DNA of 64,000 nt from an uncultured bacterium (lineage in GTDB: Bacteria > Bacillota_I > Bacilli_A > RFN20 > CAG-826). The first letter of the stretch is position 1, and each line of letters begins with the position of its first letter. The position numbers were made by a program, and so were the translations under genes. The notes below the pieces were generated by a model. That model made no database searches, was not told the origin of the DNA, and was given only the letters and a program-made list of their open reading frames with translations. This document shows, piece by piece, positions 28,386-37,712 of the stretch. Location of the stretch: assembly GCA_949296775.1 (NCBI GenBank), contig CASFQA010000004.1, positions 3,698 to 67,697 of the forward strand, in the 5' to 3' direction.

Positions 28386-29166
28386 AGGTGACCTCCTGGA
28401 AATCGCGGAAACGGAATGGGACTATCCGCGTGGCGCGCCCGAGATCATCGATCTCCAAGTAGGCCCCGCAGACTAAGGGGACCCCCGTCTCCGAACAATG
28501 GAAATAGGTCCCGTCTTGCTTAATGATCCGGCGAATGACGCTCTCGGGGGAAACGCCGATGATGGAATCGTCTTCCCCGCACATCCCGACATCGGCAATG
28601 AAGGCGGTTCCTTCCCGAATGTCGGCATCGGAGGTGCTCACATGGGTATGGGTTCCTAAGATCGCTGAGCAGCGGCCCCGAAAGCAATGGAAGAACAACT
28701 GCTTCTCCGAAGTCGATTCCCCGTGCAGATCGATAATCCGAATCGGGGGTAAATCGGGCAATATTTCTTCGAGCATCTCGAAGGGATTATTGAGCTTATT
28801 GGGGAGAAAGGCTGGCAAAAGAATTGAAACGACCGCCGCTTGCCAGCCAGCCCCGGAATAAACCATCGCCCCCCGCCCCTTGTCATAATCGGCGACGTTG
28901 AGCGGCCGGATTAAATCAGGACAATCGTCGATAAAGGACGAGATTTGCTTTTTATCGAGGAAATGGTTCCCTAAGGTAATGACGTCGGCCCCGGCGGCTT
29001 TTAGCCGGTTGTAGTCGGCGCGGGTCAAGCCCCGTCCTTTCGAGGCGTTTTCCCCGTTGACGATGGTCAGATGAGGCAAAAGCCTTTCCTTAAGCGAAGG
29101 AAGAAGGGCATCGACGGCTTGCAGTCCGACGGGTCCCACGACATCGCCTAAGAAAAGGACTCGCAT
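28354..29166 (-). CDS. ymdB: YmdB-like metallophosphoesterase
   Basis: LFLGDVVG, NGEN, TLGNH, DLHGESTSEK, GTHTHV, DVGMCG; directly after rny. Confidence 0.92.
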   Translation of the reverse strand: MRVLFLGDVVGPVGLQAVDALLPSLKERLLPHLTIVNGENASKGRGLTRADYNRLKAAGADVITLGNHFLDKKQISSFIDDCPDLIRPLNVADYDKGRGAMVYSGAGWQAAVVSILLPAFLPNKLNNPFEMLEEILPDLPPIRIIDLHGESTSEKQLFFHCFRGRCSAILGTHTHVSTSDADIREGTAFIADVGMCGEDDSIIGVSPESVIRRIIKQDGTYFHCSETGVPLVCGAYLEIDDLGRATRIVPFRFRDFQEVTYEPLPNNIVA

Positions 29167-29169
29167 ACA

Positions 29170-30750
29170 TCACTTAGCGGTTTCAATCGCCCGGTATTCG
29201 CGAATGACCGAAACCTTGATTTGGCCTGGATAAGTCATTTCCTTCTCGATCTTTTCCCGGAGCTGTTGAGCCAATAAAACCGATTCGGCATCCGAGATCT
29301 TTTCCGGCATGACCATGACGCGGATCTCCCGTCCGGATTGCATCGCGTAGGCTTGCTGAACGCCCTCGAAGGATTTCGCCAGCCCTTCCAGTTGCTCAAC
29401 CCGCTTAACATAGGTTTCGAGGGTTTCGCTTCTCGCCCCGGGGCGGGCCGCTGATAAGGTGTCGGCCGCGGCGACTAAATGGGCGATGATGTATTTGGCC
29501 TCGACGTCCCCGTGGTGGGATTCGATGGAATTGATGACCACGTCGGACTCACCGTATTTCTTCGCCAGCTGGGCCCCTAATTGGACATGGCTCCCCTCCA
29601 ATTCGAAATCGACCGATTTGCCGATGTCGTGGAGCAAGCCTGCCCGCCGGGCCAAATTGACGTCAAGGCCCAGCTCACCGGCCATCAAACCAGTAAGGTA
29701 AGCGACCTCCATCGAATGCTCCAAGGCATTCTGGCCATAAGAGGTCCGGTAATGGAGCCGGCCGATATAGGCGACCAATTCCTTGTTGATACGCGGCAAC
29801 CCAAGCTTGAAGCAGGCTTCCTCGCCGTACTTTTGAACGGTTTCCGCCACTTCCTTCTTGCATTTAGCCGACACATCCTCGATCCGGCCCGGTTGGATTC
29901 GGCCGTCTTTAACCAGGTATTCAAGCGTCCGCCTGGCGATTTCCCGCCTAATCGGATCGAAGCAGGAAACGGTGATGGCCTCGGGGGTGTCATCGATCAC
30001 CAAATCGACTCCGAGCTCTTGTTCGAGCACTCGGATATTCCGCCCTTCCCGGCCGATGATCCGCCCTTTCATTTCGTCGCTCGGCAATGCGACGACCGAA
30101 ACCGTCCGTTCAGTGGTGACGTCTTGGGCGTATTTTTGGCAAGCCAAGGACAAAAGGTCGATTGCTTTGGAAGCCGCCGTCTCCTTCGCTTCGTCTTCGG
30201 CGTTTTTGATATAAGCGGCGATCTCCATCGCCATTTTCGACTCGACCCGGGCCATGATCTCCTCTTTGGCCTCTTGGGTCGACATTCCGGAAACCTTTTC
30301 CAATTCTTGGATTATCGAATCGATCTTGGAATCCAATTCGGCTTGCCGGTTCTTATAGGATTCAATCGACTTTTCAAGCTGCTCGTTTTTCTTGTCCAAA
30401 GCGTTTTCCTTGGCGAGCAATTGGGCGTCGCGCTGATCGATCGCCTGTTCGCGGAGGGTAAGTTTTTGCTCGAGTGAAGCGAGTTCACCCTTACGGACCC
30501 GAATCTCGTTATCGGCTTGTTGCTTAGCCTCGAAAGCCGCTTGCTTAGCATCGATTTCCGCGTTCTTGATTAAATGCTCGGCTTTTATTTTCGCCTCTTT
30601 GAGCATCGAATCGGCGTTCCGCCCCGCGGTTTTGGATTTATGGGAAAGCAAAACCCAAGTGAGGATGACCCCGGCGGCGGCCGCCAACAAGGCCAAACCG
30701 ACCAGCAAGCCTATCCAAGCGCCGGTCGAAAGAAGAGAAGATAGAATCAT
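29170..30750 (-). CDS. rny: ribonuclease Y
   Basis: N-terminal TM helix, coiled coil, KH (DEMKGRIIGREGRNIR), HD (LLHDIGK), ADTLSAARPGAR. Confidence 0.97.
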   Translation of the reverse strand: MILSSLLSTGAWIGLLVGLALLAAAAGVILTWVLLSHKSKTAGRNADSMLKEAKIKAEHLIKNAEIDAKQAAFEAKQQADNEIRVRKGELASLEQKLTLREQAIDQRDAQLLAKENALDKKNEQLEKSIESYKNRQAELDSKIDSIIQELEKVSGMSTQEAKEEIMARVESKMAMEIAAYIKNAEDEAKETAASKAIDLLSLACQKYAQDVTTERTVSVVALPSDEMKGRIIGREGRNIRVLEQELGVDLVIDDTPEAITVSCFDPIRREIARRTLEYLVKDGRIQPGRIEDVSAKCKKEVAETVQKYGEEACFKLGLPRINKELVAYIGRLHYRTSYGQNALEHSMEVAYLTGLMAGELGLDVNLARRAGLLHDIGKSVDFELEGSHVQLGAQLAKKYGESDVVINSIESHHGDVEAKYIIAHLVAAADTLSAARPGARSETLETYVKRVEQLEGLAKSFEGVQQAYAMQSGREIRVMVMPEKISDAESVLLAQQLREKIEKEMTYPGQIKVSVIREYRAIETAK

Positions 30751-31060
30751 CAAATAAACTCCTTAACCGCCCAAGGCACGATTACGCTGCTTCAAGGAAA
30801 GCGGACAACTCTTTATATCTTAAGCCAGATGGCTGTCGGACAAGGGGTTTGTACCTCAGGCACGAAGATATTTTAGCAACTATTGTAAAAATTGACGAAG
30901 GTTTTTTCTCCATTCGTCAGCCAAGCGCAAAAGGCCAAGGAAATATCCCCGCATATCGAAAAACTGTAAGGAAAATTTAACAAGGCTTTTGCGGTCTATT
31001 TGCTTGCAAAACAAGAAATTTTATCCAGTTTTTGCGAACGAAAACTCAAATTGAGTACTT

Positions 31061-31088
31061 AAAGAAAACGGAGCCACGCCCCGTTTCC
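31061..31088 (-). terminator. terminator after recA
   Basis: AAACGG/CCGTTT stem followed on the minus strand by TCTTT. Confidence 0.6.
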
Positions 31089-31090
31089 TT

Positions 31091-32104
31091 TTATTTTTTC
31101 ACTTCGCCGGTTTTAACCGCTTCGCGGACCTTCTTTTCCAATTCATCGCATTCGATGTCGTGGTCTTTTAGGTAGGTTTTCGCCGCCTCACGGCCGTTGC
31201 CGATCTTATTGCCATTAAGCTCGTACCAGTTGCCGGATTTCCGGAGCAATCCAAACTCCTCAGCCAAATCGAGGATTTCGCCGTATTTGGAAATGCCTTG
31301 CCCATAGATCATGTCGACAACGCATGATTTGAAAGGCGGAGCCACCTTGTTCTTGACGACCTTGATTTTGACGGTATTCCCGACGATCTCCGACCCCTGC
31401 TTGATGGCTTCGGCCCGCCGGATATCGATTCTGATCGAGGCATAGAACTTTAGGGCCCGGCCCCCGGTGGTGACTTCCGGATTGCCGTAAACAACTCCGA
31501 CTTTTTCCCTTAGCTGGTTAATGAAGATAACGACGGTGCCGGTCTTATTCAAAATGCCGGCGATTTTCCGCAAGCCTTTCGACATCAATCGCGCTTGCAA
31601 GCCCACCTGGTTATCGGTCATGACCCCTTCGAGTTCCGCTTGGGGAACCAAGGCGGCGACTGAATCGACCACGATGACATCGATAGCGCCGGAAGTGGCG
31701 AGCATCTCGCATATTTCCAACGCCTGCTCCCCGGAATCCGGCTGCGAAAGGATCAACTCGTCGATGTTGACCCCCAGCTTAGCGGCATAATCGGGGTCAA
31801 TCGATTGTTCGGCGTCGATAAAGGCGGCCCTACCGCCTTTTTTCTGCGCCTCGGCGATCGCTTCTAAGGCCAAAGTCGTTTTGCCCGACGATTCCGGACC
31901 GTATATTTCGATGATCCGGCCTTTGGGATATCCCCCGACGCCTAAGGCTTGATCGAGAAGAATAGAGCCGGTGGGGATGACGTCGCAATCGACCCGCGGC
32001 CTTTCCCCAAGCGACATAACCGCCCCTTTGCCGTAGGTCTTTTCGATGATCTTCAGCGCATCGTCAAGAGCCTTAAGGCGGCTATCCTGATTTTCGTTTG
32101 CCAT
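31091..32104 (-). CDS. recA: recombinase RecA
   Basis: [56 protein letters not shown]. Confidence 0.99.
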   Translation of the reverse strand: MANENQDSRLKALDDALKIIEKTYGKGAVMSLGERPRVDCDVIPTGSILLDQALGVGGYPKGRIIEIYGPESSGKTTLALEAIAEAQKKGGRAAFIDAEQSIDPDYAAKLGVNIDELILSQPDSGEQALEICEMLATSGAIDVIVVDSVAALVPQAELEGVMTDNQVGLQARLMSKGLRKIAGILNKTGTVVIFINQLREKVGVVYGNPEVTTGGRALKFYASIRIDIRRAEAIKQGSEIVGNTVKIKVVKNKVAPPFKSCVVDMIYGQGISKYGEILDLAEEFGLLRKSGNWYELNGNKIGNGREAAKTYLKDHDIECDELEKKVREAVKTGEVKK

Positions 32105-32159
32105 GTTTTATCTCCTGTATTTTCCCCTAATGAATATGTAGACTCGGAAATGGGTTTCG

Positions 32160-32645
32160 TCACTGATTTTTGAATTCGATCTGCGCGAAAAGCGAACCGA
32201 TGAAGTCGAGCATCAAATCAACGGTCTCCTTCCGGATTTGGTTCCGCTCCCCGCTTAGATGGAGAGGGGCGCAATAAACTATATTCTTATATGCTAGGCC
32301 TAGGAAAACCGTCCCGACCCCTGCATCGCCGGCTTCTTGGCTCGGGCCGGCGTTGCCGGTACAGGATACGGCGATGTCGACGCCCAGGGCCTCTTTGGCC
32401 CCGCTCGCCATCGCGATGGCCACATCGGAACTAACGACCCCTTTCATTTCGATTAAGGTTGGATCGACATGCGCCAAAGCGACCTTTTCCTTAGCCGTAT
32501 AAGTGACTAAAGCGCCCATGAAAACCTCGCTCGCGCCGGGAACTTCGCAAATAGTCGAGGCAAACAAACCGCCGGTAAGCGATTCGCATGCCCCTAAGGT
32601 CAACTGGTTCTGTTTGAGCAAAGTAAGCAAATCTTTGGCGGTCAT
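32160..32645 (-). CDS. CinA C-terminal domain / NMN deamidase (PncC-like)
   Basis: ESLTGGL, VPGASEVF, VSSDVAIAMASG, TGNAGP; start at MTAKDLL, overlapping the pgsA stop. Confidence 0.88.
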   Translation of the reverse strand: MTAKDLLTLLKQNQLTLGACESLTGGLFASTICEVPGASEVFMGALVTYTAKEKVALAHVDPTLIEMKGVVSSDVAIAMASGAKEALGVDIAVSCTGNAGPSQEAGDAGVGTVFLGLAYKNIVYCAPLHLSGERNQIRKETVDLMLDFIGSLFAQIEFKNQ

Positions 32646-33268
32646 TGCTTTTCCTCCTTCAAAACGGAGCGGTTTTGTATAACGTAGATTATGCCCGACA
32701 TGGCGGAAAAGAAGGTGGCCAGGTAAATGAGCCACGACCCGATCCGCAAACCCGACGCCCAGCCGGAATCGAAATAGCTGAACGGCCATCCGTTAAGCAT
32801 GACGACGGGGATGGCGATCATTTGGGAAACGGTTTTCAGCTTGCCGAAGATATTGGCCGCAACCACTTGCCCTTTTTGGGCGGCGATGAAGCGAATGGCA
32901 TCGACCACCAAGTCGCGAACGACCATGATAATGACGCAGAAAACCGGGATGAATAAAGTCTGTTCCGGGGCATAAGACCAAGGGAAAACGAAAAAGATGA
33001 GCATCGAGTCGACCAGCATCTTATCGGCGACCGGATCGAGGAATTTCCCAAGATTGGTGACTTGCTGCCATTTTCTCGCCAAATAGCCGTCGAGGAAATC
33101 GGTGCTGGAGGCGATTATGAAAACCAAAGCGGCGATCAAGTTAACCAAATTGACTCCATCGTAGCTGGGGATCTTCAGATCCGGGATTAAGGAGACGACG
33201 AGGAGACCGATCAATAACGCCACCACAAGGGCGATGCGGGCACAGGTGATCTTGGTTGGAATGTTCAT
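32642..33268 (-). CDS. pgsA: CDP-diacylglycerol--glycerol-3-phosphate 3-phosphatidyltransferase
   Basis: MNIPTKIT..R, TDFLDGYLARK..QVTNLGKFLDPVADK. Confidence 0.95.
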   Translation of the reverse strand: MNIPTKITCARIALVVALLIGLLVVSLIPDLKIPSYDGVNLVNLIAALVFIIASSTDFLDGYLARKWQQVTNLGKFLDPVADKMLVDSMLIFFVFPWSYAPEQTLFIPVFCVIIMVVRDLVVDAIRFIAAQKGQVVAANIFGKLKTVSQMIAIPVVMLNGWPFSYFDSGWASGLRIGSWLIYLATFFSAMSGIIYVIQNRSVLKEEKQ

Positions 33269-33288
33269 CTTGTTTATCCTTTTGTGAG

Positions 33289-33619
33289 TATCCGACCCTG
33301 TAAGCCATGTTATGTCGAGGACGACAATTTATCTCAGGCTAAGCCTGGCCCCCGTGGCTTCGTTTCGCCGTGGGCGCTTCCCCTACCGAATTTGGGTTTC
33401 TCGCTTGCGGGGTTTACCAACGTTTCATCTTGGCGTCGCCGCCAAGCTCGTCTCTGTGGCACCTTAGGGGCCGCCTTCTGCTAGAGAGATTGGCCCGCCG
33501 TTACGCGCTCCCGCGTACCTGAAGTTATTTCTTCCTTCAGCGCAATCACTACCGCCATCGCAGGCGGTGCGAGCATGGACTTTCCTCTACCTTGCGGCAG
33601 CAGTCGTCCGGGTCGGAAA
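33289..33619 (-). ncRNA. rnpB: RNase P RNA, bacterial type B
   Basis: Minus strand GAGGAAAGTCCATGCTCGC and ACATAACATGGCTTAC (P4 strands), terminal TCCGACCC/GGGTCGGA P1 helix; follows gpsB as in Bacillus. Confidence 0.95.
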
Positions 33620-33628
33620 TGTTTTGGA

Positions 33629-33988
33629 TCAGATTTTGGTCGGGTCAATGCCTTTGGCGTAGAGGGCGTTCTCCAGCCGTCTAATCCGGCTGATGTATTC
33701 GATGTTCTCGCTGCTGACCGAATCGCCTTCTTTGATGCCGGAGAGCCGCTTGCTCATCTTGGCGTTGGCGACCTCCAGTTCGGAAATCCTTTCACGGTAC
33801 CTCCGCATCGAGGTCTCGAGCTCGGCGATGTATTTGCTCGACTCATTGTAGAACCGCTCAAAGCTTTGGTAATCGGCGATGATCTCATCGAGGTAAGCGT
33901 CGACCTCCTCCGGGTCATATCCGTGACCATGGGGAACGAAGACCTTCTCGAGAATCTTTTTGGCATTGAGCTTGATGTTGCCGTCCAT
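33629..33988 (-). CDS. gpsB: DivIVA-domain protein (GpsB-like)
   Basis: ILEKVF....HGYDPEEVDAYLDEIIADY plus coiled coil; GGAGG SD before ATG 33988. Confidence 0.8.
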   Translation of the reverse strand: MDGNIKLNAKKILEKVFVPHGHGYDPEEVDAYLDEIIADYQSFERFYNESSKYIAELETSMRRYRERISELEVANAKMSKRLSGIKEGDSVSSENIEYISRIRRLENALYAKGIDPTKI

Positions 33989-34070
33989 AAATCCTCCGCG
34001 TTGAATTATATTCAACATCTATTGCTTATTCAATAAACCCAGCCCTCGGAATATGGTATTTTATTAAGGA

Positions 34071-34796
34071 ATGAAACAACTGCTCAAAGCCCTTCGGGGC
34101 CGCCAATGCCTGGTCTTCCTCGACGTGGAAGCGACCCAAATCCATCACGAGATTATCGAAATCGGGGCCGTTAAAGCCCTTTTGGATGAACAAGGGAGGA
34201 TCAAAAAACAATTCAAGGGCTTCAAGACTTACGTCAAGCCGAAGGAGAAAATCGGCAGTTTTGTTTCCACTTTGACCGGCATAACCGAATCGCTTATCGA
34301 AAAGAAAGGCATTCGCTTCGCCAAAGCCCAAGAGATGCTAAGCCGTTACGTGGGGGCCGACTACCCCTCATGCCTATTCGTCACTTACGGAACCCAAGAT
34401 GCCCAAATGTTCATCAATTCGGCGGAAGCCAATCTCGATTCCTCAATCATCATGGCCCGCGACCTCGCCCACCGGGTTTTCGATTTCGAAGCCTTTCTGA
34501 ATCGTTACGTCCCAGGCAAGGACGGAAACCCCCTATCCCAAAGCAAAGCCCTGAACCTCTTTGAGTTGGAGGAAATCGGCCAAGCTCACGACGCCTTGAC
34601 CGACGCCACCAATCTCCTCCGCCTTTATCAGGCCTTCCTAAGTCGCAAAGACATCGTCTTAAGGGAATATCTGCAATTGCTCGCCGCTTATCGGAAAGGC
34701 CCCAATCCCCTGCGCCGGGTCTTAGAGGCCATAGTCAAAGGCGAAACCGTGGATTTGCCGCGGCTGGAGCAATTCGCCAAAGAGGATTTAGCATGA
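34071..34796 (+). CDS. DEDDh 3'-5' exonuclease (KapD-like)
   Basis: FLDVEAT, EIIEIGA, AHDALTDA. Confidence 0.8.
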   Translation: MKQLLKALRGRQCLVFLDVEATQIHHEIIEIGAVKALLDEQGRIKKQFKGFKTYVKPKEKIGSFVSTLTGITESLIEKKGIRFAKAQEMLSRYVGADYPSCLFVTYGTQDAQMFINSAEANLDSSIIMARDLAHRVFDFEAFLNRYVPGKDGNPLSQSKALNLFELEEIGQAHDALTDATNLLRLYQAFLSRKDIVLREYLQLLAAYRKGPNPLRRVLEAIVKGETVDLPRLEQFAKEDLA

Positions 34797-35410
34797 GCGA
34801 ATTCCATTACCCCGGAGGGATGAAGCCGCCGGTTTCCCCCTCCCGCCCGACAAAAGGGAAAAAGCTCCATTTACGGGTAGCCCCGGGCAACCGAGGATTG
34901 GATTTCGAAGATGAGATAAATCAAACCAACGATTATTACACCGAGAAAGGCCTTGCCCTGATCACCAAGCGCCCGACCCCGATTCAAGCGGTGAAAGTCG
35001 ACTATGCCCATGGCCCGAAAATCACCGAAGCCTTTTTCCAAACCCAATCCACCACCGACTACAACGGGGTATATCGGGGCCATTACATCGATTTCGAAGC
35101 CAAAAGCACCCGTTCGAAAACCTCCTTCCCCTTAGCCAATATCCCCATCCAGCAAATCGAGCATCTGGAGAAAGTCATCGCCGCCGAGGGCATCGCCTTC
35201 TTTTTGATAAACTGGCATTCGCTGAATGAAGTCTATTTAGTCCCGGCCGACTATATAATCCGTTTTTACCGGGACCATCCCCGTTCCTCTATTCCCTATG
35301 AGCAGATGAAGGATCACGGCTATTTAGTCAAACAAGGCTACCGGCCGCGATACGACTATCTCCCGATCGTCATCGAGCGTTTTTTGCAAAAAGGCGGCAA
35401 ATCGAAGTGA
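34793..35410 (+). CDS. recU: Holliday junction resolvase RecU
   Basis: NRGLDFE, KRPTP, STTDYNGVYRG.YIDFEAK, QIEHL. Confidence 0.95.
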   Translation: MSEFHYPGGMKPPVSPSRPTKGKKLHLRVAPGNRGLDFEDEINQTNDYYTEKGLALITKRPTPIQAVKVDYAHGPKITEAFFQTQSTTDYNGVYRGHYIDFEAKSTRSKTSFPLANIPIQQIEHLEKVIAAEGIAFFLINWHSLNEVYLVPADYIIRFYRDHPRSSIPYEQMKDHGYLVKQGYRPRYDYLPIVIERFLQKGGKSK

Positions 35411-36002
35411 AAGGGCATCGCCCGCATTCGGGGTTTTGGGCATGGCAAATGCCCCTGCCAAAGGCGATGAAACGATGATGCAATCCGATCCAGGAATCCC
35501 TGGGAAACTTCCTTTTCAGCTTCTCCATCACTTTGCCCGGATCATCATTCTCAAAGGCCAAATTAAGTCGTTTGGCCACCCGGCTCACGTGAGTATCGAC
35601 CGGAAAAGCGGGGATATTGAAGCACTCGGCGACCACGACGGAGGCGGTTTTGATGCCGACGCCTGGAAGGGAGGTCAGCTCACCGATAGTCATTGGCACC
35701 TTGCCGGAAAAGCGATTCACCAACGCTTCCCCCAAGGCCACTAGATTCTCGGCTTTGCCCCGCCATAACCCCAAGCAGCGGATATGCTCTCCGACTTCCT
35801 CGACCTTGGCTTTCGATAGGCTGACTGGATCGGGGTAGGCTTTGAATAGCGCCGGGGTCACCGCATTCACCTTCTTATCGGTCGTCTGGGCCGAAAGGCT
35901 AACCGCGACTAGGCATTGGAAAGAGTCGGCGAAATCCAACGTGCAACGGGCATCAGGATAAAGGCGCCCCAGTTCGCCGGCGATAAAAGATGGATCAGTC
36001 AT
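35370..36002 (-). CDS. nth: endonuclease III
   Basis: LSAQTTD, HhH LPGVGIKTA, VDTHV, C-x6-C-x2-C-x5-C 4Fe-4S motif; start trimmed to overlap the dnaD stop. Confidence 0.95.
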   Translation of the reverse strand: MTDPSFIAGELGRLYPDARCTLDFADSFQCLVAVSLSAQTTDKKVNAVTPALFKAYPDPVSLSKAKVEEVGEHIRCLGLWRGKAENLVALGEALVNRFSGKVPMTIGELTSLPGVGIKTASVVVAECFNIPAFPVDTHVSRVAKRLNLAFENDDPGKVMEKLKRKFPRDSWIGLHHRFIAFGRGICHAQNPECGRCPFTSICRLFAKNAR

Positions 36003-36657
36003 CATCTTCGACCCATTTGGTCCGGGCGATCTCAATCGTATGTTCGATGTCCTTGTTCCAGCGGGAATTGACCCCGGTGTATCCCTCTTTTTCGATGTCA
36101 TCCCGCTTCCGCACCGTCCGCAAGAACGAATCGACGGCCTTAAAGGTTTTCCTCCCATAAGCTATGGCGCTTTCCAGCGCCCCTTTGATATCCTCGTCCG
36201 AATAGCCATCGTCGAGCCAAGCTGAGATGGTATCGACTTCCAAAGGCGAAAGCGTTCGGTTGAGCCGTTTCTCGAAATAGTCCCGTACTTTCCCCACCGC
36301 CTCGGCCTTCCGGGCGGCGATCGGCGTCTTGCGTTTCTCGGCGATCGCTTGCTGGAACAATCCATAGAGTTTTTCCTTAACCGGGGACAAAGAAGTCCGC
36401 AGCCGCCCTTTTTGGCTCTCAACCGAAATCATGTCCTTCTGCATAAGCCCAGCCATCAAGTTATCCAATTCCCGTTCACTCAAATTCATCTTGAAGGAAA
36501 GATCGCTTTGGGAGACAAAGTCATTGCCTTGCCGGATCAGTTGGTCGACCATCAGGATCACCATCGCCTCATTCTCGCTTAATCCAAGCTTTTTATAGAA
36601 ATCGAGGAGCAAATAACGGAAGTCGATCCCTTCCATCCCCACCGCTTGTCCGTTCAT
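35995..36657 (-). CDS. dnaD: DnaD domain replication protein
   Basis: YKKLGLSENE N-terminal wHTH, FEKRLNRTLSPLEVDTISAW DnaB_2 domain; dnaD-nth synteny. Confidence 0.8.
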   Translation of the reverse strand: MNGQAVGMEGIDFRYLLLDFYKKLGLSENEAMVILMVDQLIRQGNDFVSQSDLSFKMNLSERELDNLMAGLMQKDMISVESQKGRLRTSLSPVKEKLYGLFQQAIAEKRKTPIAARKAEAVGKVRDYFEKRLNRTLSPLEVDTISAWLDDGYSDEDIKGALESAIAYGRKTFKAVDSFLRTVRKRDDIEKEGYTGVNSRWNKDIEHTIEIARTKWVEDDD

Positions 36658-37244
36658 ACCTTTTTCCTTTCCATCATGATTTTTTCGGGATTGATTTTAT
36701 CAAGAAAGCCCCGCAAATCCTTAATCGCTTGCTGAGTTTTCGCTTCAAGGTTCAAATGAAGCCGGGCAGCGAATCTTTCAGCGCGGACGATCCGCAAAGG
36801 ATCCTCTTCGATTCTAACATATGGGTCGCCGATAAAACGCAACATTCGCGCCGACAAATCGGCCACGCCATGATGGAAATCATAAACGAAACCGGATCGA
36901 TCGAGGTAAAGGGCGTTGATTGTGAAATCCCGTCTACCCGAATCGACGAATAGGCTTACCCCAAAGCGGAGTTCGCTAGGATGGCGGGAATCCAAGTACC
37001 CGCCTTCTTTGCGCAAGCAGGTCAAATCGATCGTTTTCCCCTCGAATAGGAAGCGAAAGGAACCGAACTTAGCGAAAGGGTAACGGCCAGCCGGCAAGGC
37101 CTTAAGCGCCTCTTCTGGCTCCAACGGGGTCACGAAGTCATAATCATCGGGCTCGATCCCGAGCAAAAAATCCCGCACCGTCCCCCCGACGGCTAAGCAA
37201 GGCAAGCGTTCATTGAGCCGATTAAGCAAGTCCAACAATCCCAC
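36654..37244 (-). CDS. cca: class II tRNA nucleotidyltransferase (CCA-adding type), short form of about 196 aa
   Basis: AVGGTVRD..LG.EPDDYD, RKE..Y.DSRHP, RRDFTINAL, EDPLRIVRA; stop right after the RNA-binding segment; start codon (GTG) uncertain. Confidence 0.8.
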   Translation of the reverse strand: MGLLDLLNRLNERLPCLAVGGTVRDFLLGIEPDDYDFVTPLEPEEALKALPAGRYPFAKFGSFRFLFEGKTIDLTCLRKEGGYLDSRHPSELRFGVSLFVDSGRRDFTINALYLDRSGFVYDFHHGVADLSARMLRFIGDPYVRIEEDPLRIVRAERFAARLHLNLEAKTQQAIKDLRGFLDKINPEKIMMERKKV

Positions 37245-37250
37245 GACAAT

Positions 37251-37277
37251 AAGAAAACCCCGCGAACGAGGCGGGGT
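37251..37277 (-). terminator. terminator after hup
   Basis: ACCCCGC/GCGGGGT stem followed by TTTCTT on the minus strand. Confidence 0.75.
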
Positions 37278-37296
37278 CAAGAAATATCGCTTCTTT

Positions 37297-37569
37297 TTAG
37301 TTAAGCTTTTCTTTGAGGTTCTTCGAGGGTTTGAAGCCGACGGAGTTATTGGCGGCGATTTCGATCTTGGCCCCGGTCGAGGGGTTGGTGCCAACGCGAG
37401 CCGCCCGTTCCTTCTTCTCGAAGATGCCGAAGCCCGAGAGCTTGACGGCTTCGCCCCGGATGAGGGCTTCTTCGATGGTTTCGAGGGCGCAATCGACGGC
37501 CTTGCCGGCATCGGTGTGCGAGAGTTCGGCTTTTTCCGCCACGACGGCGATCAATTCAGCTTTGTTCAT
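37297..37569 (-). CDS. hup: HU DNA-binding protein
   Basis: MNKAELI, LSGFGIF, RAARVGTNPSTG, FKPSKNLK. Confidence 0.97.
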   Translation of the reverse strand: MNKAELIAVVAEKAELSHTDAGKAVDCALETIEEALIRGEAVKLSGFGIFEKKERAARVGTNPSTGAKIEIAANNSVGFKPSKNLKEKLN

Positions 37570-37712
37570 GAGTATCTATCCTCCTTATTGGCTGATGTTA
37601 GCATAAAACTACCATTCCATCGGAGGTTTTGCAATAAATCTTTAATAAAAATTTTGAAATCGCACCCTTTTCTTTTGTATAAAAGAAAGGGTTCGGACAT
37701 TTGGCGCACATA

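Noticed and set aside
32125-32145. Possible LexA (Cheo) box upstream of recA (TGAATATGTAGACT)
   Set aside because: Only the left half resembles CGAAC-N4-GTTCG; the right half does not match
36654-37511. Long ORF-track version of cca starting inside hup, hinting at an HU-CCA frameshift fusion
   Set aside because: The extension is low-complexity Ser/Pro/Arg, crosses the hup terminator and has no slippery site. The same applies to the track's extended starts for nth, cinA, parA, sufB, recX and nrnA
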